From a virus, in IMG/VR virus record IMGVR_UViG_3300031873_000004, positions 1 to 64,000 of that record: a stretch of 64,000 bases of DNA; one strand, 5' to 3'. Within the stretch, counting starts at the first letter, position 1, and every line of letters begins with the position of its first letter. The notes under the pieces are model-generated. The model was given only the letters and a program-made list of their open reading frames with translations, made no database searches and had not been told where the DNA came from. Below are positions 1-9,135 of this stretch, in pieces. Both the position numbers and the translations under genes were made by a program.

Positions 1-83
1 GACCCCGACCACGACCCCGACCACGACCCCGACCACGACCGCGACCCCGACCACGACCGCGACCGCGACCGCGACCACGACCC
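1..83 (-). repeat. Hexamer tandem repeat (TCG NGG)n, N=T/C/G
   Basis: Plus strand reads gacccc/gaccac/gaccgc units. Confidence 0.95.
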
Positions 84-116
84 ATCAAATCCAGCACGAG
101 CCACTGCGGCAATCAT
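1..116 (-). CDS. Ser-X dipeptide-repeat peptide (MIAAVARAGFDG-SWSRSRSRSWSG...), runs off the window edge
   Basis: ATG at 116 overlaps the TGA of the upstream gene (ATGA). A 12-aa leader is followed by (TCG NGG)n. Not in the ORF track. Confidence 0.7.
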   Translation of the reverse strand, partial: MIAAVARAGFDGSWSRSRSRSWSGSRSWSGSWSGSWSG

Positions 117-454
117 TTAAGCGACCTCGGCAGAACTTCAATGCGAACTGCGTCAATAATAGCTCCTCGCCCAATAATAACTCGGCCAGAAGGAAATGGC
201 TCGCATTCATTGAACTGCGCCTTTTTGATAGCTTCGGAAAAGCGGCCTGTATCGGGTATCCATGCAGCATCTTCGAGCACCAGTTCGTGTTCAGTCACGC
301 TGACAAGTTTTCCCGTGTCAATCATGGTGACGGTGCGGATGAGATAATTTTCACCCACCTCCCATCCGTGTTCGGTAGTCTGACTGTTGCTGAATAACTT
401 CTGCAACTCCTGCAACTCCTTAACCTGCTTTAGTGTCAAATCGTCAATGTTCAT
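113..454 (-). CDS. Small Sm/SH3-like beta-barrel protein, paralog of 60829..61200
   Basis: YLIRT...GKL...ELVLEDA motif; AAGGAGG RBS before ATG at 454. Confidence 0.7.
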   Translation of the reverse strand: MNIDDLTLKQVKELQELQKLFSNSQTTEHGWEVGENYLIRTVTMIDTGKLVSVTEHELVLEDAAWIPDTGRFSEAIKKAQFNECEPFPSGRVIIGRGAIIDAVRIEVLPRSLK

Positions 455-472
455 TTGTAACCTCCTTGACAT

Positions 473-498
473 ATTATACAGAACTCACGTCGTTTAGT
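473..498 (-). promoter_or_regulatory. Putative middle promoter ACTAAA-N14-TATAAT
   Basis: One of six copies with identical spacing; near-identical to 61237..61262. Confidence 0.8.
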
Positions 499-505
499 TA
501 TGAGA

Positions 506-682
506 TTATTGCGTCCGCTCCTCGTATATCCTGTTCAGAGTCTCGCACTGCTTGTCACTCAGCTCACCCTTGCGCTCAAACTGCTCGGCCACGCTTTCAA
601 CAAATCCAGACTCCCATGAGCTGAGTTTGTCGCATTCGAGCGGGCTGGAGGTATCACGAAAGTACCACCGCCGGGCCGACAT
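506..682 (-). CDS. Small hypothetical protein (LSSWESGFVESV...LSDKQ)
   Basis: Hand-translated ~58-aa ORF with a motif common in phage proteins. Confidence 0.5.
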   Translation of the reverse strand: MSARRWYFRDTSSPLECDKLSSWESGFVESVAEQFERKGELSDKQCETLNRIYEERTQ

Positions 683-833
683 ACAGTCCCGAGTTTAGCG
701 ATTGCGACTTCACTACTTTGACATGAGCATAATCGTGACCGTCGTTATATGTTCGCAATATCACCGCTGCATGATCCTGCGCACCCCGGAGCCGAGCTTC
801 CTTCAATTCCTCTTCCAGTTGAATGAGCGTCAT
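654..833 (-). CDS. Small hypothetical protein (MTLIQLEEELKEAR...)
   Basis: Hand-translated 59 aa; ATGA overlap with the RuvC stop. Confidence 0.5.
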   Translation of the reverse strand: MTLIQLEEELKEARLRGAQDHAAVILRTYNDGHDYAHVKVVKSQSLNSGLYVGPAVVLS

Positions 834-1324
834 TTGTAAGTCCTCCTCGCGTATTCTGCAATGAGCAGCGAGTCGGCGGTCGCAAGCGTCGCCTTTGCTG
901 CCGGGAACAATCGTCGTGCAATGTCAACCGCAGCGCTCTTCAGCTCGTCCTTCTCGCATCCCTTCGGCAGCATATCCTTTTGCCACTCTTTCGAGTCGAT
1001 GTACCGATACGGGATGCCGAGTTCTTCGAGAATAATGAGCGTCGCTTCCAGGCAGCGCATGGCCGAGAGCGTTGCCTTGAACCGTCCGGGATTGATCATC
1101 GGACGTTCGATCACGGCGAGGTTGTTGCAATGAGGAAGTAAACCGCTGTCATTCAAAATAGCTTTCAGCTCAGGTGCATCAGCCCGGGTAATGTTTTGCT
1201 TGGTCTTGGTATACGATTGCTCGGACTTCACCGGCAACGCTTGATGAAATTCGAGAGTACCTGTCGTGCTCAATATCGCGATGGAGCCGGTCACGCCGTT
1301 ATCTATGCCAATGATGTAGCTCAT
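830..1324 (-). CDS. RuvC-like Holliday junction resolvase
   Basis: IIGIDNG, AVIE, WQK, ADSLLIA motifs. Confidence 0.85.
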   Translation of the reverse strand: MSYIIGIDNGVTGSIAILSTTGTLEFHQALPVKSEQSYTKTKQNITRADAPELKAILNDSGLLPHCNNLAVIERPMINPGRFKATLSAMRCLEATLIILEELGIPYRYIDSKEWQKDMLPKGCEKDELKSAAVDIARRLFPAAKATLATADSLLIAEYARRTYK

Positions 1325-1545
1325 GCTGTACCTACCGGCCCGCACACAGGTCGCTTCTTCCTGCTCAGTTGCTTCTTCGGTTGCCTATCATAAACTTGCA
1401 GTTTGGCAAGCTCCAGTATCCCGATTAATTGACTGACCGGAATAGCTACGACCTTGCCGGACTTGTCTATCATATGAGCTTCGACCTTAAGTTCCATGAC
1501 ATCGTTCTTCTGAACGGTTAGTGATATGGCAATCGCGTGTTTCAA
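1321..1545 (-). CDS. Hypothetical protein
   Basis: RBS AAGGAG; fills the operon gap. Confidence 0.55.
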   Translation of the reverse strand: MKHAIAISLTVQKNDVMELKVEAHMIDKSGKVVAIPVSQLIGILELAKLQVYDRQPKKQLSRKKRPVCGPVGTA

Positions 1546-1554
1546 ATGGGCTCC

Positions 1555-2691
1555 TTAATACTTCGGCTTGCGTTCTGGGCGCAACGAGGCTTCGATCTCT
1601 TCCCACGCAGCGGCTACCTCGGCACGCAGCTCGGTTTCCAATCCACGTTCTTCAATAGTCTTGACCAAGGTCGCACGTGTACCTTCGATACCGAGTCCAG
1701 TTGCTCGTACCACCGAGGTCTTGTCTACCTTATTTTTTGCCATCCTCGGCTGGCGCTTACCGGTATCAACCTTCTTCGGCTCCTCGGCTTTGCGCGGCTT
1801 CCATAACTTCTCCAGAATCATGAAGTCGACCATGCTGCCTGTATCATCAATGCCATATCCGTCAAGCGTTTGATAATCTATCGAGCGGAGCTTCCCGTTT
1901 ATTTTATTCTTGTCTACCTTGGCACGGACATCATGACCCACCACTCGCTCATGCTTTTTGAGGGTACCGACATTCGCCAGCCAGGTTATGTTCATAGCAT
2001 AGAAATCGAGCGCCTTGCCGCCGGTACGCTTGTGCTTGGCAAAACTCATAGGGTCGATATTTTCACGCGTCTGGGAGATGATTATAAAAAGTCCGTTCGC
2101 TGATTTAAGTTCGCGTGTAATTACCCTGAATAGTTCGCTCGCACCTTTTGCCTTTTGCATCCCATACGAGCCTTTGGTTTCCTTGCCGTCAGCTTTTGCA
2201 TAAGCCCGTTCAAGTTCCTCGTCTGTGGTGAGCGCGTCGAATGAGTCGAGCACATAAATAAACGGGTTTTCGCGCTTGATGGTGTTAAGCATGTTGACCT
2301 GGAGCTCGGCCACGGTATCGCTTGCGCCGGTCTTCGATGGGGCTTGTAGGCGGGCAGCAAGAGCTTCTCCAAACATCTTAGAAATGTCGAATTCGTTAGC
2401 TGCTTCCACGTCATCTAGTATCAAATCAAAATCCTTGAACGCTGCGTTGCGAGCAGCCTCTGCGAGCACACTCAGACCGAGTGTAGTCTTACCGCTGCTT
2501 TTATCGCCGATGATATTGGCCATGCTTCCGAGCAGGAAGGCTCCGTCTGGTCGGTCGGTGCAGGCGAGATTGTACATTGTGCAACCGGAGGATACAAGTC
2601 TACCATCGAGTCGACCGACAGGTTCTGTTACCTTGGCAGGCTTCTTAGCGCGAGCCTTTATTTGAGCGGTTAGTGATTCACCTCGTGCCAT
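1555..2691 (-). CDS. recA: RecA/UvsX-like recombinase
   Basis: Walker A GDKSSGKT, VLDS, ISQTRE, TGGKALDFY, KNK. Confidence 0.9.
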   Translation of the reverse strand: MARGESLTAQIKARAKKPAKVTEPVGRLDGRLVSSGCTMYNLACTDRPDGAFLLGSMANIIGDKSSGKTTLGLSVLAEAARNAAFKDFDLILDDVEAANEFDISKMFGEALAARLQAPSKTGASDTVAELQVNMLNTIKRENPFIYVLDSFDALTTDEELERAYAKADGKETKGSYGMQKAKGASELFRVITRELKSANGLFIIISQTRENIDPMSFAKHKRTGGKALDFYAMNITWLANVGTLKKHERVVGHDVRAKVDKNKINGKLRSIDYQTLDGYGIDDTGSMVDFMILEKLWKPRKAEEPKKVDTGKRQPRMAKNKVDKTSVVRATGLGIEGTRATLVKTIEERGLETELRAEVAAAWEEIEASLRPERKPKY

Positions 2692-3005
2692 TATACGTCC
2701 TCCTTGAGGAACTTGCGCAGCTTTGCCGGATCGACATACCACTTGCCACCCTTGTGACCAATTTGCTTACCGATACCATATGTCACACACCAGTTGATGA
2801 GCGTTGGTCTCGTAACAGGCATCCCGGCGCTGGACGCATAGGCGAGGGCTTGCGTGATTGTAAACTTGGTCGCAGCCTCAACGTAAGTTGAACATCCCTT
2901 CACGGTGAGTATGCGCCCTTCCTTCAACCCTGAGCAATCCGATTTATTTACAGTCTTGCGGGTGGGTATGGCACAGGTACCGCAATTTTTATTTGATGCT
3001 GACAT
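2691..3005 (-). CDS. Small Cys-containing protein with excisionase/MerR-like HTH
   Basis: CxxC N-terminus; TRPTLINWC...GGKWYVD wing. Confidence 0.55.
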   Translation of the reverse strand: MSASNKNCGTCAIPTRKTVNKSDCSGLKEGRILTVKGCSTYVEAATKFTITQALAYASSAGMPVTRPTLINWCVTYGIGKQIGHKGGKWYVDPAKLRKFLKEDV

Positions 3006-3063
3006 ACACTCTCCTTAAACAGCTGCCGGGCGCAGGATGGATTTCACCACGCCCGGCATGTCA

Positions 3064-3222
3064 CTACACAGCCGCCTTGATCTCTTTCACGACGAGCTTA
3101 ACTTCGCCGAGTGTCAAACCTGCCAAACCGGCCTTGACGGCTCTCGTGACTTCCTTCGCTTCCTTCGCATCGTTCGTCACGAAGCTTGCCTTCACGCTGA
3201 AATTCACCACGTTCTTTGCCAT
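3064..3222 (-). CDS. Small basic protein (MAKNVVNFSVKASFV..., 52 aa)
   Basis: Hand-translated; strong AAGGAGG RBS. Confidence 0.65.
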   Translation of the reverse strand: MAKNVVNFSVKASFVTNDAKEAKEVTRAVKAGLAGLTLGEVKLVVKEIKAAV

Positions 3223-3370
3223 ATTATACAGTCCTCCTTTCATTTAGTGATAAACTACTTGTCGAATGGCTGGTAGAGCTTACTTTCGACCCGCACCGAA
3301 ACTTCACCTTTGCCATAGCTCTCGTTTCGTGTGATGCGCGACCGCCAGTTCCACTCGACAAGCTCTCTGA

Positions 3371-4537
3371 CTACCTTCTCCGCCGCGCAGGAGCTGCTTC
3401 CGCAGGTGCAGGCTCGACCGGTGCAGCAGCCTTTGATTTCGTAGGCACAGCCCCGGTGGTCTTGCGCTTCTTTTCCTGTCTGCAATCCTCCCACACATCG
3501 CAGGAATCGCACTCGTCTTTCGTATCGGTATCCTTGCCGAAAACGTGACCGCTCGGACAGTCACCATCGGCAGGCTTTGCGGCTTTCGGAATGACCACAC
3601 CTTCTGTTCTTTTGTGAACAGGCTCGTCCTGGTCAGGATCGATTGCATGGCGACCGCGTGCGCCCGGTGCATCAGGATCGTGACGGTGCGGGTCGGGTGC
3701 GTTTGTAGGTGACGGTTCAGCTGCCGCGCGTCTCCGAGGTGCTGGCTCCGGTTCGGGAGCAGGTGCCGCTCGCCGAGGTGCGGCAGCTTCTTCCTTTTCC
3801 TCATCAGCGGGTGCATCGGTGCCGAGGAAGATGGCTTCAAGCTGGGCGTAGCTGAGAATGTTGATCGCCTCGTCGAAATTCACCACCTCCTTGAGAATGT
3901 CCTCGGAGTAGGCTTCGCGTTTCGCACCGTCGATGCGGCTGGTCTCGTAGAATTCCTGCTTGCCCATCTTCTTTTCACGGAACCGGGCGCTGATCGTATA
4001 TCCGTCTTTCAGCTCGGCGTACCCGTACAAGTCCTCGTTGAGCCGCTGTTCCTCTTCCAGCATCTTGGTGAAGAGGTGATAGGACACGTCCCACACCTGC
4101 ACCTTCTGATCCTTCGTGCCGAGGTCGATGAGGTTGTACAGCACCCGTTCCTTTGACCGGAGCGCATCCACATCTTCTTTCGCCATCGAGCTGTTCTTCT
4201 TGGCAGCAGCATGAGCCTCGCAAATCGGACAGGCTTTGCCGATGGACTTCAAGCACACACGAGGCTTCTGCTCTGCGCCGACATCCCTGTGCATCCAGTA
4301 AATGCGACAGTCGGTCATGTCACCTACGGAAGCCCGTCCCGCGAGCACGTCCGGATGGCGCGGGTCGGTGATGACGTACGGAAGGAAGTCCAGCTCCGCA
4401 GCCGCTCCTTTGTTCTCAAACCACTTTACACCTTCGGGCAGGTTTACACTCCCACCCCCGCCACCGTGAGTTGTCTCCTCGGTGCGGCGCTTCGCCCTGT
4501 CTCTCATAGAACTTTTTGCAGCACTTTCTCTTGCCAT
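3371..4537 (-). CDS. Phage single-stranded DNA-binding protein with Pro/Ala linker and C-terminal Cys4 motif
   Basis: H...VCLKSIGKACPICE Zn motif, RVLYN; lies between UvsY-like and RecA genes. Confidence 0.7.
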   Translation of the reverse strand: MARESAAKSSMRDRAKRRTEETTHGGGGGSVNLPEGVKWFENKGAAAELDFLPYVITDPRHPDVLAGRASVGDMTDCRIYWMHRDVGAEQKPRVCLKSIGKACPICEAHAAAKKNSSMAKEDVDALRSKERVLYNLIDLGTKDQKVQVWDVSYHLFTKMLEEEQRLNEDLYGYAELKDGYTISARFREKKMGKQEFYETSRIDGAKREAYSEDILKEVVNFDEAINILSYAQLEAIFLGTDAPADEEKEEAAAPRRAAPAPEPEPAPRRRAAAEPSPTNAPDPHRHDPDAPGARGRHAIDPDQDEPVHKRTEGVVIPKAAKPADGDCPSGHVFGKDTDTKDECDSCDVWEDCRQEKKRKTTGAVPTKSKAAAPVEPAPAEAAPARRRR

Positions 4538-4674
4538 AACGTAGCCTCCCTTGTCTTGCTGCTTGTATTGTAATTCTTGCAGTCGATTATATTCTTGCTT
4601 CGTGATACGAGTGCCGTTCGGTGCGTCCGCTTGAGGGTGTTGCCATAAGCAGTCACCTTGTCGATAATAAAACA

Positions 4675-5235
4675 CTATGACCTGCGACCGCGCCTCGGTG
4701 GTTGCTCGCCAGAACTATCAGGCAGAGCGGTCGTTTCGTTGGAGTCCTGCATAGGATGTCGTCGAGCTGCTATCTTATCTCTTGCAGCCTCACGTGAGAC
4801 ACCACCCGCCTTCGCGTACTCAGACGCAATATCCCTCGGCACGACCGGCCCTGCAAAATACTGTTGACCGTGAAGACGCACGAGGTTTTCAAGAGCATCC
4901 TTGCGCTGATCGAACGCCTTGACCGCAGCCTGAAGGATATTCACATCATGCTCGGCCTGCATCACCGCGTCCGACGCTGACTTCGCTTCCGCATCCTGCG
5001 CAACTCCGTCGCGTACCATATCCACGGTGAACTTGTTACCTTCTCCGGTAAGCCTGTCGCGCACCCTTGCACCGGCTTCGGCTTTGATCACATCCATGCG
5101 CTCGGTCAGGCGCGACAGTTCGAGTCTGGCGTTTGCCAATTCCTCAGCGTATTTCATAAAAAGCCGAGGTTGCTTCAACCATTCGATGTCGAGCCCGTTC
5201 GGGTCAATGGTTAAGTCTTTGTCGTAGTCGCTCAT
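4675..5235 (-). CDS. UvsY-like recombination mediator
   Basis: DLTIDPNGLDIEWLKQP start, coiled coil, AFDQRKDALENL. Confidence 0.7.
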   Translation of the reverse strand: MSDYDKDLTIDPNGLDIEWLKQPRLFMKYAEELANARLELSRLTERMDVIKAEAGARVRDRLTGEGNKFTVDMVRDGVAQDAEAKSASDAVMQAEHDVNILQAAVKAFDQRKDALENLVRLHGQQYFAGPVVPRDIASEYAKAGGVSREAARDKIAARRHPMQDSNETTALPDSSGEQPPRRGRRS

Positions 5236-5444
5236 ACCTTCATCCCGCAGATTTTCCGCAGCCGCACATTCATCTTGTCAAGCTGCACCTTAATCTGAGC
5301 CTGCTGATTGTCATTCAGCTTGCGAACGTTCAAAGCGTCGCACAGGGACTCAACACTCATCCTGTTTGCGGAGTCTCCAAACTCGAATGTCAACTTCTTT
5401 GCAGCTTCATAGGCGCTCATATCTTTCCCGTCGATTGTTTTCAT
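5232..5444 (-). CDS. Hypothetical protein
   Basis: AAGGAGG RBS directly downstream of a promoter. Confidence 0.65.
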   Translation of the reverse strand: MKTIDGKDMSAYEAAKKLTFEFGDSANRMSVESLCDALNVRKLNDNQQAQIKVQLDKMNVRLRKICGMKV

Positions 5445-5461
5445 TACTACCTCCTTGCCTT

Positions 5462-5487
5462 ATTATACTGGTGAATGTAACTTTTGT
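5462..5487 (-). promoter_or_regulatory. Putative middle promoter ACAAAA-N14-TATAAT
   Basis: ATAACAAAAGTTACATTCACCAGTATAATA. Confidence 0.8.
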
Positions 5488-6395
5488 TATGCCTTAATCG
5501 CCTCATAGCATGCCATTGTCAATCCTGGCCTGCCATTGTAATGCAGCGGCTCCCGCAACGCGTCCATGATTGCCCACGCCTTCGCGTTGTCTTCCTTGAG
5601 CAGTACCGCGTTCATATAACCGAGCACCGCCTGCCGTATCTGCTCCGGTTCGGCTTCCAGCCCGCGCAACACTCCGGCCACAGTCGCCCACGATCCTCCC
5701 TTGAGCAATATTCGACACAGCGCGATCGTCTCACTGGCCTCGGCTGCTGCCTTCTTCGCGGCTTCCAACATCGCGTCCGGCTCCATGTCGATGATCTTGT
5801 CGAGCATGGTGAGCGCTGCACGTGGGCTGCCGAGCGCGTCTTGAGCTATCTGCTTGACCACGTCATCAGGTATCTTCACCTGCTCGGCTTTGATGACTGA
5901 GTTCAGGAGCGATGCGAGCTGAATATCTGTGAGCGCCTCCATCTTGAATTCGTGGCAGCGGTTGATGATCGTCTTCAATAACTTCTGAGGATCTGTTGTG
6001 CAGAGAAAGAAAAATACGTGATCAGGGGTGTCTTCAAGGCACTTGAGCATAGCTGTCTGAAAGTCCTTCGTGGCAGCTGCAACCTCGTCCAGTATCCACG
6101 CTCGGTACTTACCACCAAGCGGGCGCAGGCGCATCTGCTCCTGAATCTCGCGGGCATTATCGATGCCCCTGAAGTTTGCAATGTTCAGTTCCTGCAAATC
6201 CATATCAGCCACGCCGAGGCGCTTGGCGATGATTCGGGCGGCGGTGGTTTTGCCGCATCCCGAATTCCCCGTAAACAACCACGCGTGCGGCCAGTCCTTC
6301 GTTCGAGCGAGCACGGATTCAATGGACGCGATCGTTGCCTTGTTTCCGACGATATTCTTTAGTTCGGTTGGGCGGTACGTGTGGTAGAGGCTCAT
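5487..6395 (-). CDS. DnaX (gamma/tau)-like clamp loader AAA+ ATPase
   Basis: YRP, GNSGCGKTT, ILDE, MLKCLEDTP, TIINRC, GSPRAAL. Confidence 0.9.
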   Translation of the reverse strand: MSLYHTYRPTELKNIVGNKATIASIESVLARTKDWPHAWLFTGNSGCGKTTAARIIAKRLGVADMDLQELNIANFRGIDNAREIQEQMRLRPLGGKYRAWILDEVAAATKDFQTAMLKCLEDTPDHVFFFLCTTDPQKLLKTIINRCHEFKMEALTDIQLASLLNSVIKAEQVKIPDDVVKQIAQDALGSPRAALTMLDKIIDMEPDAMLEAAKKAAAEASETIALCRILLKGGSWATVAGVLRGLEAEPEQIRQAVLGYMNAVLLKEDNAKAWAIMDALREPLHYNGRPGLTMACYEAIKA

Positions 6396-6543
6396 TGTTC
6401 ATTCTCCTATTTCGACATTGTAGCCATGATCGCGTTCGATACACTCCACGCCGCATACACCCAGGCCAGCTTGTAGTTGTGCTGGATAAACTCCTGGGCA
6501 CAGGCGGCGATGCAGAGGGCGGCTTGCGCCACCATAAAGTAGT

Positions 6544-6810
6544 TCACGACTTCTCCGCACGCTTCTTCATGGCGAATACCGCAAGCTTCAACCCCATCGC
6601 CGCCACCTGAATAGCCTCGTCGATCACCTCGTCCAGGTCGGGACGCTTATGCTTTATCAAATCCCACATCTCGTCCGATTCCTCCAGCAGCACCGCGTAC
6701 CCTTCGTGCAGGCTACGGAAGTCTCCGTGCATCTCGCAAGCGCGGTTGAATTCAGTCATCAATTCGTTAAGCGCCTTTTCATGCAACCCTTGTGTAAAAT
6801 CGACTTCCAT
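6544..6810 (-). CDS. MazG-like helical protein
   Basis: HEGYAVLLEESDE...DEAIQVAAM. Confidence 0.6.
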   Translation of the reverse strand: MEVDFTQGLHEKALNELMTEFNRACEMHGDFRSLHEGYAVLLEESDEMWDLIKHKRPDLDEVIDEAIQVAAMGLKLAVFAMKKRAEKS

Positions 6811-6822
6811 GTGAGTCCTCCG

Positions 6823-8754
6823 TTAGTAAAACATTTCAGAAACTTTATTGACATACCACTCATAATTTATATCGTCTGGAAACGCGTCCGGCAGCATCAT
6901 CATAGGCCGAGCACCGTCCGATTGCGGCACCTTGTTCCCGTTCGTCTTGTACGATATGAAGCCTTGTTCACCCTTCGCATAATACCAACGCACAATCTTG
7001 CCGAGGTATTCCCCACTCTTCATCGCACCACCGTTCACCCGGCGCACGCTCACGAACTTGCGTATATCCCGACAGGCGCGGATCGTCTCGCTGATAGCCG
7101 TACCGTTCTTTAAATATTCGACCAGCGCAACCGTGCAGACATCATACTCAGGATTCTTGGCACGCTTACCTGGAGCGAAGCATCCCTTCAACTTGACACT
7201 TCCGTCATGACCGATGGCGATGTAGTTGTTCACGTCGCGGGAGTAGAGCCCTGCGTATCGGTTACTCTCCATGTTGAAGCCGGTGCGCTTCTCCCAGTCA
7301 CCTATGATGGCTTTCATGGCAAGCTGTGCATCCTTCGGGCATTTGATCACGATACCGTCGGTGTTGCCGGACACCACATCAAATCCCGCTTTATCGAATA
7401 AATCAATGAGCATGAGCAAGGAAAGCTGCCCGGTCAGCGTTACCTGAATCATGAGGTCAGGTGCGTATATAACCGAGTACGGTGAACCTGTCTTTCCGAA
7501 CGTACCGTTTGCGACGATCTTAAGTGAGTCAGCTTTCACCTTCTCGCCAGCCTTCTTCGCACGGAGCCGCTCATCAACGATCGCCCTGAACGTATCGGTG
7601 AAATTCCTGCCGATGCTCTGCGGATACAGACCGCATTGCAGCATGATTGATGGGTAGTAGCTCGCCACATCCCAGTCCCAGTAATCATACTCGTCATCCG
7701 AAATATGAAACGCGCTCTTCTCGCACGAGTGCAGGCCGCCAATACCCATACGATAGGTTGAGCTACCTATCTTAATTTTCAGGTCGGTAAGCTGGTCAGG
7801 CATCTTCACTCCCGAATTGACCGGCTTGGCCACAAACTCATTCTCTTTCAGGATGTCGAGCACCGCGTTCAGCTCAGGATTGTCAAACGATATGAAGTCC
7901 GGCACCTGATAGTGGAAGCGCATCGTGTGCAGCTCTTTCGACTTCTTGATCTCCTTGCCGGTACGGGTAAGCACCTCGGTCTTGATGATCTCCTCGGCTA
8001 TCTGCGCGTCCGATTTCGACATGACGTTTATACCATACTGCTTTGACAGTGTGCGGCGCAGCTCAATCTCTTCCGCAAGGTTGCCCCGCAGTCTGGCGAG
8101 CACATCCACATCGTTCTGGCAGTACCTATCGACTTCAGTCATCTGCTCCCGCGTCAATATCGAGGCTTCGTCATACGGGAGGTCTTGCAATTTATCGCAA
8201 TGCAACCGAGCCCCGCATAGCTTGAGTGACATCCCGACCGGGGTGAGCGGGCAGACGTCTATGTGATCTATTTCCAGCGGCATGAGGTTTCGCTTGTCCT
8301 CAAACTTGTAGACGCGCACCTCATGCTTTATCAGGTCGTCACTTGCCTGCTTGAGCAGCTCGTTCGTGACACCCTTCCCGTGGAGCGCGTAGTTGAGCAT
8401 GGGTACGTCGTAGTGCTCACCATTGAACGTGACTATTTCGTATTCCGCGAGTAGCTTTTTGATGCGGGATCGGTTCAGCTTGATGCCCAGCTCGTCGATC
8501 ATCTCGAATGAGGTGCAGGTACTGTCCTCGTGCCGGAACTTTACGAGGAAGTAGTTAGAGTAGCACTCAATGTCCATGTCGAGCTGTGGCTTACCTGGCG
8601 AGGGCTTCGATTTCGTCTGCTTGCGCTTGGCCTCCGCCGGTACGCGGATGATCAGCGGGTGCGGGAGGTCGTGCTGCACCGATACTACGGCTTTCTTGCC
8701 GCCTGTGGTGCGCACCTTGGGCGCTGTGGCTGGCTTTTGAAAGAATCCCTGCAC
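6823..8754 (-). CDS. Family B DNA polymerase with 3'-5' exonuclease
   Basis: DIE, FNG..YD, YCQND exonuclease motifs; DVASYYPS, KIVANGTFGK, NTDG polymerase motifs. Confidence 0.92.
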   Translation of the reverse strand: MQGFFQKPATAPKVRTTGGKKAVVSVQHDLPHPLIIRVPAEAKRKQTKSKPSPGKPQLDMDIECYSNYFLVKFRHEDSTCTSFEMIDELGIKLNRSRIKKLLAEYEIVTFNGEHYDVPMLNYALHGKGVTNELLKQASDDLIKHEVRVYKFEDKRNLMPLEIDHIDVCPLTPVGMSLKLCGARLHCDKLQDLPYDEASILTREQMTEVDRYCQNDVDVLARLRGNLAEEIELRRTLSKQYGINVMSKSDAQIAEEIIKTEVLTRTGKEIKKSKELHTMRFHYQVPDFISFDNPELNAVLDILKENEFVAKPVNSGVKMPDQLTDLKIKIGSSTYRMGIGGLHSCEKSAFHISDDEYDYWDWDVASYYPSIMLQCGLYPQSIGRNFTDTFRAIVDERLRAKKAGEKVKADSLKIVANGTFGKTGSPYSVIYAPDLMIQVTLTGQLSLLMLIDLFDKAGFDVVSGNTDGIVIKCPKDAQLAMKAIIGDWEKRTGFNMESNRYAGLYSRDVNNYIAIGHDGSVKLKGCFAPGKRAKNPEYDVCTVALVEYLKNGTAISETIRACRDIRKFVSVRRVNGGAMKSGEYLGKIVRWYYAKGEQGFISYKTNGNKVPQSDGARPMMMLPDAFPDDINYEWYVNKVSEMFY

Positions 8755-8755
8755 G

Positions 8756-9124
8756 TTATACCATCCTCAACGCGATAACCGGAAAAGAGGCTTGTAGCTC
8801 TGCAAGCGAATGAAATACAGGAATGCCCAGCTCCTTAGCTCGAGCAATCTCCGCAACAGTACCTTTGCTATTCTCCCATCCAGGTACAAGAACAACAGCC
8901 TCGCTTGCGCATAGCCACGACAGACTGTAATCGTAATAATGACGTACAGTAAGGCGTTCGTCACCTCGCAGCATGAGCTGGAAATGAAAATCCAACCACG
9001 GTGCGAACGGTGCGTAGCCTGCCAACAGCACCTCGGTAGCTAATCGCATCCCTTCTCGGATGTTATCAAGGACACATATCACATTGTCCGCGCTGTAAGC
9101 GCCCGCAACATAAACACGTCGCAT
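8756..9124 (-). CDS. Nucleoside deoxyribosyltransferase-like (DUF4406/DUF1937-type) protein
   Basis: VYVAGAY...PGWENSKG..AE...A..LGIPV. Confidence 0.75.
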   Translation of the reverse strand: MRRVYVAGAYSADNVICVLDNIREGMRLATEVLLAGYAPFAPWLDFHFQLMLRGDERLTVRHYYDYSLSWLCASEAVVLVPGWENSKGTVAEIARAKELGIPVFHSLAELQASFPVIALRMV

Positions 9125-9135
9125 AATTCTCCTGT

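Noticed and set aside
1-83. Repeat as a CRISPR array or DGR variable region
   Set aside because: 6-bp units without spacers; no cas or reverse transcriptase gene and no template/variable repeat pair
3025-3058. GCCGGGCG...CGCCCGGC hairpin as an ncRNA
   Set aside because: Single stem only; most simply a terminator or processing hairpin
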